This document shows positions 20,508 to 28,806 of a DNA stretch of 64,000 nucleotides, piece by piece. The stretch is from Bacteroidia bacterium (lineage in GTDB: Bacteria > Bacteroidota > Bacteroidia > Bacteroidales > UBA932): positions 1,655 to 65,654 of the forward strand of contig SABC01000006.1 of the NCBI GenBank assembly GCA_009929175.1, in the 5' to 3' direction. The notes under the pieces were generated by a model. That model saw nothing but the letters and a program-made list of their open reading frames with translations, ran no database searches and was not told where the DNA came from. Made by a program: the position numbers and the translations under genes. Every line of letters begins with the position of its first letter. Within the stretch, counting starts at the first letter, position 1.

Positions 20508-21314
20508 TTAGTATTGAATGGTTTTCATTTTATGGTAAGCTGCGGCAAGTGCTCCTACCGGAAATGCTATGTTGTAGACCATACTCAGCAGGGTTATTAC
20601 AGATTTTAATCCAGGATATGTGTCAAACATATTCATCTTGCTCATCTCTTGCAGGCTGCTGATTTGAATGCTCACTGAGTTCGTGGTTGTTCTTATTTGC
20701 TCCAACTGGCTGTCATATACGTAAAGGAACAGGATGGATATTATTGCTATGAAGATTACAAAAATCAGGGCTGTTGAGAGTATTGTCTTGATAATCTTGC
20801 TCTCTCGGAACATAAGATTGCCTGCAAAGGCAAAGAGAGGCAAAACAGAGAGGTCGGCTAGGCTGCTTATGCTAAAAGTCATGGGACTCTCCTTGCTGAA
20901 TATGAAATATTCGAACAATGATGGCCGGACTATGGCAACCAAAGTGTCAGTTACAATCAGTGTAGAGAAAATAACAAAGGGGAAAATGACCAATGATATC
21001 AATATCATCGAAAGGAATTTCTCATTGACTGAAGCGGGAAGGGTTATGTAGTCAATACCCATTTTTCTGTGGTTAAAGCTTTTGTAAAGAGCAAATGGGG
21101 CCAGAAATGCTACAATAAATGAAACTGTCATAATGAAAGAGGAGCGGGACATCATGCTCATAGCAGGTGAGCTGGACAACAAGACACCAAGCAGCACAAA
21201 TCCAATATATGCAAGGGCAACTGCCATACAATTTTTAAGAATCAATGGAATCCTTTCGGTAAGCTCTTTTCTGAAAAGCTTTCCAAACCTGTTTATATCA
21301 AAATGTTTTTTCAT
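20508..21314 (-). CDS. ABC transporter permease (Ytr-like, about 6 TM)
   Basis: F...RF start, multiple hydrophobic helices and LPAS..EKF motif; lies between the ABC ATPase and GntR. Confidence 0.75.
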   Translation of the reverse strand: MKKHFDINRFGKLFRKELTERIPLILKNCMAVALAYIGFVLLGVLLSSSPAMSMMSRSSFIMTVSFIVAFLAPFALYKSFNHRKMGIDYITLPASVNEKFLSMILISLVIFPFVIFSTLIVTDTLVAIVRPSLFEYFIFSKESPMTFSISSLADLSVLPLFAFAGNLMFRESKIIKTILSTALIFVIFIAIISILFLYVYDSQLEQIRTTTNSVSIQISSLQEMSKMNMFDTYPGLKSVITLLSMVYNIAFPVGALAAAYHKMKTIQY

Positions 21315-21318
21315 GGCT

Positions 21319-22155
21319 TTATTGAAGGTTTGAGTTGAATATGTTTTTAATCTCCTCTTTGTTTTTAATTACTGTATTGAACAGAGCCTCAATGTTTACT
21401 GCAGACTCTTCTCCGGTAACATTTTTTGCAACAGATAGATAGCCCCCGGGAGTGCTTTCGCTGTACAACGCTTTTTCATCGGTCTTCCCGGAAAATTTGA
21501 AGGTAAGTTTGGAAGAAATATTTGCTATTGACTCGTTGAGTAATACCTTGTTGGTATCCAGAATTATAATCGGGTCGATCAGGTTTTCTAGATCCCTTAC
21601 CTGATGTGTGGAGATGATTATGCAACAATCTTCGTCTGCCGAACGGGCAATGATCTTCCGTAGTTGTGATTTCGAAGGTATATCCAAGCCGTTGCTGGGC
21701 TCATCCAGTAATAGAAGTTTTACATTGGCCGATAAGGCAAAAGCAATTATCGCTTTCTTTTGCTGACCATATGAGAGTTTCCCGAATTTTTGATCACCGT
21801 CTACTTCGAACTCCGAAAGGATTGCGGCAAATTTCATAAAGTCAAACCTAGGGTAAAACTGGCCTCTGCCTTTAACGTATTTGTTTACAATCATATCCGG
21901 AGGAGTAAAATCTTCGGGAACAAATATTATCTCTTCGAGAAACCCGGGGCGTCTTTTAAATGGTATTTGCCCCATTACCTCGCACTTCCCATCCTTTACA
22001 GGTAGCAACCCGCCGATGATCTTTAGCAGGGTAGTCTTGCCAACTCCGTTCTGCCCCAGCAATCCATAAATATTTCCTGGAAGCAAATTTAACGAAATGT
22101 CAGTCAGAACTCTTTTCCGTGAATAGTTAAAACTAAGATTTTCAATTTGTATCAT
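21319..22155 (-). CDS. ABC transporter ATP-binding protein (YtrB-like)
   Basis: GQNGVGKTT, LSYGQQKK, LLLDEP and STHQ. Start moved to ATG 22155 (MIQIENLSF) because the track's extension runs through the promoter/operator. Confidence 0.92.
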   Translation of the reverse strand: MIQIENLSFNYSRKRVLTDISLNLLPGNIYGLLGQNGVGKTTLLKIIGGLLPVKDGKCEVMGQIPFKRRPGFLEEIIFVPEDFTPPDMIVNKYVKGRGQFYPRFDFMKFAAILSEFEVDGDQKFGKLSYGQQKKAIIAFALSANVKLLLLDEPSNGLDIPSKSQLRKIIARSADEDCCIIISTHQVRDLENLIDPIIILDTNKVLLNESIANISSKLTFKFSGKTDEKALYSESTPGGYLSVAKNVTGEESAVNIEALFNTVIKNKEEIKNIFNSNLQ

Positions 22156-22179
22156 ATTCTTTGATTTTATAGAGTCTTG

Positions 22180-22201
22180 GTGTATTAGTGAAGTAGTGCA
22201 C
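22180..22201 (-). promoter_or_regulatory. YtrA-type operator palindrome
   Basis: GTGTATTA-N6-TAGTGCAC imperfect inverted repeat, 2 nt downstream of the -7 box of the ABC-GntR operon. Confidence 0.75.
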
Positions 22202-22203
22202 TG

Positions 22204-22264
22204 CGAAGGTAAGCGAGAAAAAATAATTTGCAAAATTTTTTTAAATATTTTTTATATATATTTG
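22204..22264. promoter_or_regulatory. Divergent promoters (ABC operon / M28 peptidase)
   Basis: Minus: TTTG-N19-TACCTTCG (22234-22204). Plus: TATATTTG (22257-22264). Confidence 0.65.
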
Positions 22265-22291
22265 GAAAGAATTGATTTATAGAATAAAAAA

Positions 22292-23914
22292 ATGATAAAT
22301 AAATTGTATGCCAATAAGATTATTAATACTGTTCTAATCTTGTCATTGCTTTTTTTTGGGTTAAATCTAGAGGCACAGGAGATGAAAGCCAATGCAGATT
22401 CGTTGAAAAAAATGGTGTTCACCTTGGCATCCGACTCCCTAAAAGGTAGATTTCCAGGTACTTTTGAGGATTCTTTGACTGCTGCATATATTGCCGGCAA
22501 GTTGTCCCAAGCTGGTCTGATTCCCTTGATAGGGGATTCTTATCTGATTCCTTTTGAGATTACATTATACAGGGAAGTTTGTGAAAACTCTTCGGTCAAG
22601 ATAGGGGGCAGGGAACTGATTGCAGGAGAGGAGTTCGCTGTCAATCCATTGTCCCCAGAGGCTTTGGTCAAAGGAGAAGTAGCGGATGCAACAAACATGG
22701 GAATGGCTCAAGAAAAGATTGCTTTTTTGAAAATTTCACGTGATTCGGTCGTTTTTAAGGTGACTGGTTTGAAGGAAAGAGGTTTTGAAGCTTTGCTGTT
22801 TTACGATAGCACTAGCAGCAACATCTCATTCGGAAAATTAAACGGAGCAGGGTTCCCTATTCCGGTATTGTCGGTATCTCCCGGTGTAGCATCAGAATTG
22901 ATTGAAAAGAGCGGGACCACGATTACAATAAGTACAAATACCAGGGTAGTCAAAGCCAAAACGTATAATGTAGCCGGGATAACGCCAGGTGAAAACAGAA
23001 ACTTTATATTAGCCGGGGCCCACTATGACCATCTGGGATTTGGCGGAACAGGTTCCGGAAGTGTCAGGTCCGGAGAGGATAAAATTCATCCCGGAGCTGA
23101 TGATAACGCCAGCGGTGTCTCCTCTGTTTTGGAGGTTGCACGATTGTTGACTGTAAATCAGTTTGGTGACAAATCTGAAAAGAGATTCGCTGTTGCCGCA
23201 TTCGGTGCAGAGGAGAGGGGCTTGATTGGTTCTGCCATACTTGCAGATACTCTTATGAAACTTGGTCGTTTGCCTGGCTTGATGATTAATTTAGATATGG
23301 TTGGCCGGCTGAGGGATAGTAAGTTACAGGCTGGTGGTGTCGGAACCTTCGAAGAGGCTGACTCTTTGCTTGCTGCAATAAACAGTAATTTTGGGTTTGA
23401 CCTGGTTTCAACAAAAACGGGGTCCGGTCCGTCGGATCACTCATCGTTTAACTCAAAAAAAATACCGGTCCTTTATTTTACAACAGGAGTCCACAGTGAG
23501 TACCATACACCTGCCGATAGTGCTGCTTTGGTGAATATTAACGGACTTGCAAAGGTCACCGATTTTATTGCAACACTAATAACACACTCTGTCACTCCTT
23601 CATTCAACCCGAAATATATACAGCTTGAGGAGTCTTCCATGCCTTCCAGGAATAGTTTTAAAGTGACGTTGGGTATAATACCCGACTTCACATACGATAA
23701 AGGTGACGGATTCCGTATAGGGCCTGTTTCGGATGGTCGTCCTGCCCAAAAAGCAGGTTTGCTGGAAGGCGATATAATTGTGGAGATGGGAGGCAGGAAA
23801 ATTGCCAATATTTACGATTACATGTCGGCCCTTGGCCAAATCAAGAAAGGGGAGATTGTAGAGGTCTGCTTTATAAGGGACGGAAGCCAAAAGAATGTCA
23901 AGATTGAACTTTAA
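22292..23914 (+). CDS. Secreted M28 family metallopeptidase with PA-like insert and C-terminal PDZ domain
   Basis: Signal peptide; GAHYDHLG, GADDNASG, AEERG, NLDMVG, SDH and YHTP Zn-site motifs; LGIIPD...PAQKAGLLEGDII PDZ. Confidence 0.9.
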   Translation: MINKLYANKIINTVLILSLLFFGLNLEAQEMKANADSLKKMVFTLASDSLKGRFPGTFEDSLTAAYIAGKLSQAGLIPLIGDSYLIPFEITLYREVCENSSVKIGGRELIAGEEFAVNPLSPEALVKGEVADATNMGMAQEKIAFLKISRDSVVFKVTGLKERGFEALLFYDSTSSNISFGKLNGAGFPIPVLSVSPGVASELIEKSGTTITISTNTRVVKAKTYNVAGITPGENRNFILAGAHYDHLGFGGTGSGSVRSGEDKIHPGADDNASGVSSVLEVARLLTVNQFGDKSEKRFAVAAFGAEERGLIGSAILADTLMKLGRLPGLMINLDMVGRLRDSKLQAGGVGTFEEADSLLAAINSNFGFDLVSTKTGSGPSDHSSFNSKKIPVLYFTTGVHSEYHTPADSAALVNINGLAKVTDFIATLITHSVTPSFNPKYIQLEESSMPSRNSFKVTLGIIPDFTYDKGDGFRIGPVSDGRPAQKAGLLEGDIIVEMGGRKIANIYDYMSALGQIKKGEIVEVCFIRDGSQKNVKIEL

Positions 23915-23928
23915 AACCAATAATATTT

Positions 23929-24771
23929 ATGAAGAGTTTTGCTGCGTGGAGCCTTGCAGTACTGATAACCCTTACGGCTGTTTATTATCAGAGGATGACA
24001 GGTCCTACCAATCCGAAAAGAGTCTCATTCGACACCGAACAGGGTGATTACAAGGCCAAGTTTGAAAGGAGTCTTGATACAAGTGTGCCATTTGAGAATG
24101 ACAGTTATGTAAAACACTCATCCAACTTGGAGGTAAGGATCACTCCGGCTCCCGAAAATGCCAATATGAACATTGATTGGAGGAGGTATCCGGGTAACGA
24201 CTCCCTGGTCAGGGTGGTGGCAACCAGCTCTTCGGGATTATTCTCATTTAGCTTACCCTCCCAACCACCTGCAGGCAAGATTGCCTATAACCCTGTCCTT
24301 GTAATTGACGGAAATGAGTATGGTTTGGACGAAGAAATAATACTCAGGTACAAAGCACCGGTTCCTGCACTTACCCTTGTCCCTCATATATTGCTAATGT
24401 TTGTAGCAATGTTTTTTTCCAACTATGTTGGTATAGCTGCCCTTCTTAAAATAAGGAATGCCTCATTTTTTGCAATGTTAACAATGATAACTCTTTTTGC
24501 TGGAGGGCTTGTACTTGGTCCTCTCGTGCAAAAGGCAGCATTTGGAGAGTACTGGACGGGCTGGCCCTTTGGAGGTGATCTGACAGATACCAAAACTCTG
24601 TTTGCTTTTCTTATATGGTTAGCCGCCTGGTATTTTAACCGTAAAAAGGGCAGGAGGTACCTTTATGTTTTGGCCTCTGTTGTGATGATGCTGGTATACA
24701 CGATACCCCACAGCACAGCCGGGAGCGAGTTTGACTATGAGCGGGGTATCGTTGTTACGGGAGGAGATTAA
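23929..24771 (+). CDS. Conserved hypothetical membrane protein (N-terminal TM, soluble domain, 4 TM; Trp-rich loop)
   Basis: 280-aa ORF following the M28 gene; PHI, FGEYWTGWPFGGDLTDTK and IPHS motifs. Confidence 0.75.
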   Translation: MKSFAAWSLAVLITLTAVYYQRMTGPTNPKRVSFDTEQGDYKAKFERSLDTSVPFENDSYVKHSSNLEVRITPAPENANMNIDWRRYPGNDSLVRVVATSSSGLFSFSLPSQPPAGKIAYNPVLVIDGNEYGLDEEIILRYKAPVPALTLVPHILLMFVAMFFSNYVGIAALLKIRNASFFAMLTMITLFAGGLVLGPLVQKAAFGEYWTGWPFGGDLTDTKTLFAFLIWLAAWYFNRKKGRRYLYVLASVVMMLVYTIPHSTAGSEFDYERGIVVTGGD

Positions 24772-24780
24772 CCCCCTTTG

Positions 24781-25923
24781 CTAATATTTATGACTATCAG
24801 CTTTGTTAAGATCCTGTTCGTTGATTTTTGTACGGGTCAGAGACCTCCATACATAAATCACATATGCAAGGACAAAAGGAATGAACAGTGATGCGTAAGC
24901 CATAACCTTCAATGTGAATTCACTCGAAGAGCTGTTGTAAAGAGTGAGTGATTGCTGGACGTTGTATGTAGAGACAAAGAAAGCTGTGTTGTTAAAGGCT
25001 GCACCAATCAAAATGCTCCACACTGCCAGCACTACTCCTCCACCTGTAACGAAAAAACTGTATTTCCCTTTGGAAAACATCACGCTGCCCAATCCGTAAA
25101 GCACAAGAATAACACCAGCAAGCAACATTACTGCAGGCCAGATCAGCTCTATCATGTTAAAGAAATATTTGTATCTCACTGGTGATATGAATCCGTTCTC
25201 GGGACTTACAGAGTATCCGGTCATCGTAAAGAGGTGTACAAGTAACAGGACAAATGCCAAAACAAATGCAGTCCCTGTCACCTTGACCTGGGCCTTCGCT
25301 TTTGCAACTAATGAGTCCATCTCTATTTGCTTGATCACATATAGCAAACCAAGAGTCCTGGCAGCAAAGTACACAACCAGCCCGGTCAAAAGGTTGAATG
25401 GAACAGTGATGGCATCTAATCCGTGCCAACCATTTGTCCATTTGGAAATAACCTGGTTGTCGAAAGATGTAATGCTCATTTTATCCATGGTAAAGGCACC
25501 TCCAGTGAAAAACGTGCCCACAGCGACACCTAACAGGATTGGACCAAGGGAGCCGTTAAGAAACAAAAACGTTTCGTAGGTTTTGCCTCCTAAAAGATTG
25601 CCGGCTTTGCCGCGGTATTCAAATGAGACTGCCTGGATAACAAAAAGGAAGAGGATTGCCATCCATAACCAATAAGCTCCGCCAAAGCTTGTGGAATAGT
25701 ATAGGGGAAAGGAGGCGAACATTGCTCCTCCAAAAGTTACCAAAGTTGTGAAAGTCAGTTCCCACTTGTGCCCAAGGGCATTGATCAGAAGGGTCTTTTC
25801 GGTTTCGCTCTTTGCTATACCAAAGATGAGGGACTGCCCACCCTGGACAAACATAAGAAACACCAGCAGAGATCCCAAAAGGGTTACTACCAGCCACCAG
25901 TAATGTTGAAGAAAATATATCAT
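24781..25923 (-). CDS. cydB: Cytochrome bd ubiquinol oxidase subunit II
   Basis: LQHYWW, FVQGGQ, KWELTFTTLVTFGGAMFASFPLYYSTSFGG and SSSEFTL. Start moved to ATG 25923. Confidence 0.93.
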   Translation of the reverse strand: MIYFLQHYWWLVVTLLGSLLVFLMFVQGGQSLIFGIAKSETEKTLLINALGHKWELTFTTLVTFGGAMFASFPLYYSTSFGGAYWLWMAILFLFVIQAVSFEYRGKAGNLLGGKTYETFLFLNGSLGPILLGVAVGTFFTGGAFTMDKMSITSFDNQVISKWTNGWHGLDAITVPFNLLTGLVVYFAARTLGLLYVIKQIEMDSLVAKAKAQVKVTGTAFVLAFVLLLVHLFTMTGYSVSPENGFISPVRYKYFFNMIELIWPAVMLLAGVILVLYGLGSVMFSKGKYSFFVTGGGVVLAVWSILIGAAFNNTAFFVSTYNVQQSLTLYNSSSSEFTLKVMAYASLFIPFVLAYVIYVWRSLTRTKINEQDLNKADSHKY

Positions 25924-25949
25924 AGTTGTTGATTTTAAGGTTGTTGATT

Positions 25950-27524
25950 TTATGCAGCAGGACCTTTCCGGATTACTTTGTATAAAATAGTGAGTTCGGC
26001 AGCCAAAAGCACAGAGAATAACAGGAAAAACATGATTGTGGTGGTCATTACTGCGGACGGACTTACTCCGGAGAGTGATGCTCCGGTAGTCAAAAGGTCC
26101 TGAATTGTCCATGGCTGCCTGCCAACCTCAGCAACAATCCATCCTGCCTGGGTGCAAATATAAACCAGAGGAATACTGATTATTGCCAGTAAATGAAACC
26201 ATTTGAATCTGGTCAGCAACTCTTTCCTGTCCAAGTATATGGCCAACCCAAAAAGCAGCAGGAAAAACCCACCCAGAATGACCATGATGTGGAATGCATA
26301 GAAGGTGAGAGGGACGTTAGGTACAATGTCGGTTGGCTTCTCGATGAATCCGTATCCAAAATGGGGGTAATTTTCCATAAGATGCCCAAGCGCAGTCTCT
26401 TTACCCTCTTCGTCACCGGCTTCTTTGGCCTTGTGGTATGTGGCCAACGCCTCAACCGCAATCTTTCCACGCCTCATTCGCTCTTTGACGGAAAGAGCTG
26501 TTTGCTCGTTTCCAAATTCGTCTGTGTAGGTGTAACCACCCTGTATTATATCTTCTATTCCGGGAACAAATGTGTCCATTTTGCGATCCACCAGCAGAGA
26601 TAGTCCTTGAGGTATGGATATGTTGATCAGGAAGGGATTTTGTAGTGCGTAACCTAGAGAATCTGTCTCAAGCCTGGATATCATCTTTTTTGGGTTGAGA
26701 ATTCCAAATGCTACAATGGGTGTTCCGTTCTTGCTTTTGTAAAGGCCTTCCATTGCTGCCAGCTTCATTGGTTGTTTTTTTGCAACATGGTATGCTGACC
26801 CGTCTCCTGACCAAATCAGGACAACAAGTGATATCATACCAAAAACCGAAGCAATCCGTATGCTTTTCCTGGAAAATTCATCTTCCCTTTTCTTTAAAAG
26901 ATACCACGAAGATATTCCGATAACAACAACTGCAGCAATGACAAAGCAATTTGTAACTGTATGGATGAATTTGTTTATGGCAACAGGAGACAAGGCAACA
27001 GCCCAAAAATCGACCATTTCATTCCTGGCAGTATCTGGATTGAATTCCATTCCTGCCGGATACTGCATCCAAGCATTTGCCACAAGTATCCAAAGTGCAG
27101 ACAGAATGGTCCCGATTGCTACGAGCCAGGTAGAAAGTAAATGGGCTTTTTTGCTGACTTTATCCCATCCGAAGAACATGATGGCAAAAAAGGTGCTTTC
27201 AAGGAAAAACGCAAAAATACCCTCGATTGCAAGTGGAGCACCAAAAATATCCCCCACAAACCATGAATAGTTGCTCCAGTTTGTCCCGAATTGGAACTCC
27301 AGAATGATTCCTGTAGCGACTCCGATTGCAAAATTGATTGCAAAAATCTTCATCCAGAATTTTGTGGTTCTTTTCCAGAACTCGTTGCCGGTCCTCACAT
27401 AGTATGTTTCCATTATGGCAATAATAAAACCCAGACCAATGGTCAGGGGGACAAATAGCCAGTGAAACATAGCAGTCAGCGCAAACTGAAGTCTCGAAAG
27501 ACCTAGTAAAGAAGCTAATAGCAT
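25950..27524 (-). CDS. cydA: Cytochrome bd ubiquinol oxidase subunit I
   Basis: SRLQFALTAMFHWLFVP, GVATGIILEFQFGTNW, ANAWMQYP, QPMKLAAMEG and AEVGRQPW. Confidence 0.96.
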   Translation of the reverse strand: MLLASLLGLSRLQFALTAMFHWLFVPLTIGLGFIIAIMETYYVRTGNEFWKRTTKFWMKIFAINFAIGVATGIILEFQFGTNWSNYSWFVGDIFGAPLAIEGIFAFFLESTFFAIMFFGWDKVSKKAHLLSTWLVAIGTILSALWILVANAWMQYPAGMEFNPDTARNEMVDFWAVALSPVAINKFIHTVTNCFVIAAVVVIGISSWYLLKKREDEFSRKSIRIASVFGMISLVVLIWSGDGSAYHVAKKQPMKLAAMEGLYKSKNGTPIVAFGILNPKKMISRLETDSLGYALQNPFLINISIPQGLSLLVDRKMDTFVPGIEDIIQGGYTYTDEFGNEQTALSVKERMRRGKIAVEALATYHKAKEAGDEEGKETALGHLMENYPHFGYGFIEKPTDIVPNVPLTFYAFHIMVILGGFFLLLFGLAIYLDRKELLTRFKWFHLLAIISIPLVYICTQAGWIVAEVGRQPWTIQDLLTTGASLSGVSPSAVMTTTIMFFLLFSVLLAAELTILYKVIRKGPAA

Positions 27525-27554
27525 AATTGTATAGTTTAGGTTGTTTTAGTTTTT

Positions 27555-27770
27555 CTAGTCTGGTGATGTTAGCTGGTTAATAACGTGATTGCTTTTTTCT
27601 TCGGTAGTATTGTAGACACCTAATTCGCTTTTAAAAAAGAAAAGCTTAAGAACAAAAAACATAATGAACAACTTTATGAGGATAATCAGCCAAAGGGTTT
27701 TTCCTAAGGTCATGCCTTTGAACCCCTCATAATAAAATAGCCAGATACGTTTTACAAGTGACTTTGCCAT
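27555..27770 (-). CDS. DUF4492 small membrane protein (cyd-associated)
   Basis: FYYEGFKGMTLGKTLWLIILIKLFIMFFVLKLFFF signature; canonical position before cydA; ATG at 27770. Confidence 0.85.
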   Translation of the reverse strand: MAKSLVKRIWLFYYEGFKGMTLGKTLWLIILIKLFIMFFVLKLFFFKSELGVYNTTEEKSNHVINQLTSPD

Positions 27771-27846
27771 AGTCAAATTTTCAACTAAGATAGTACTTTT
27801 TTGTAAAAAAACTGAGGGTATTCCCAATTTATAGGTTCTCTTGTTG

Positions 27847-27854
27847 TATATTTG
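27847..27854 (+). promoter_or_regulatory. -7 promoter box for DUF362 operon
   Basis: TATATTTG 17 nt before the ATG. Confidence 0.6.
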
Positions 27855-27871
27855 TAAAAACAATAAGCTTT

Positions 27872-28804
27872 ATGGAAAGAAGAAATTTTATAAAGAGCGC
27901 ACTGTTGGGTGGACTTGCAGGTGCAGCAAGTTTGAGGGGCAATGGCCTCTTGGGTGCAACAAGCATGAGTGTCTCTCAGGATAATGACTTGGTCGCTGTA
28001 ATGGGCGGAGAGCCTGCCCAAATGTATAAAAAGGCAATTGAAGCCATGGGAGGAATGTCCAGGTTTGTCAAGAAGGGTCAAAAGATTGTGGTTAAACCAA
28101 ACATCGGATGGGACAAATCCCCTGAGCTGGCTGCAAACACAAATCCGGAGCTGGTAGCGGCAATCGTTAAGGATTGCTTTGCGGCGGGCGCCTCTGAGGT
28201 TACGGTATTTGACAATACATGTGACGAATGGCAGGCCTGTTACAGAAACAGCGGAATCGAAAATGCCGCAAAATCTGCCGGTGCAAAGATGGCATTTGCC
28301 CATGACGAAAAATATTACAAAACCGTCAAGTTGCCAAAGGCAGTGAGGATGAAAGAGGTAAAGATACACGAAGCTATCGTGGATTGTGATGCTTGGATAA
28401 ACGTACCAATCCTTAAAAACCACGGTGGAGCAAGGATGACTATCTCAATGAAAAATTTCATGGGAATCGTTTGGGACAGGAGGTATATGCACGCCAACGA
28501 TTTGCAGCAATGTATCGCTGATTGCTCCACATACGATAAAATGCCGGTACTCAACATCGTCGATGCTTACAGGATTATGACTCAGAACGGACCAAAAGGT
28601 AAAAGCCCTGAGGATGTACAGATGCCCAAGGCTCTTTTTGCATCTACCGACATAGTAGCTGTAGATGCGGCAGCGGTAAGGTTCTTTGCGCAGTTCAGAG
28701 ATATGAAAGTTGAGGAGGTCTCCCATATTGGCTTGGCAGAGAAGATGAGGATAGGCACGTCTGACCTCAGTAAGCTTAAAGTTGAGAGAATAAGGCTGGG
28801 ATAG
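27872..28804 (+). CDS. Tat-exported DUF362 family protein
   Basis: MERRNFIK twin-arginine signal; GGM.RFVKKGQ.IVVKPNIGW, ANTNPELV, NVPILKNH, KNFMG and D.VAVDA. Confidence 0.88.
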   Translation: MERRNFIKSALLGGLAGAASLRGNGLLGATSMSVSQDNDLVAVMGGEPAQMYKKAIEAMGGMSRFVKKGQKIVVKPNIGWDKSPELAANTNPELVAAIVKDCFAAGASEVTVFDNTCDEWQACYRNSGIENAAKSAGAKMAFAHDEKYYKTVKLPKAVRMKEVKIHEAIVDCDAWINVPILKNHGGARMTISMKNFMGIVWDRRYMHANDLQQCIADCSTYDKMPVLNIVDAYRIMTQNGPKGKSPEDVQMPKALFASTDIVAVDAAAVRFFAQFRDMKVEEVSHIGLAEKMRIGTSDLSKLKVERIRLG

Positions 28805-28806
28805 TT

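Noticed and set aside
25924-26112. 63-aa N-terminal extension of CydB in the ORF track
   Set aside because: It overlaps the cydA 3' end, and the CydB family sequence starts at ATG 25923.
27324-27345. Short direct repeat GATTGCAAAA within cydA
   Set aside because: Explained by the conserved FAINFAI protein sequence.
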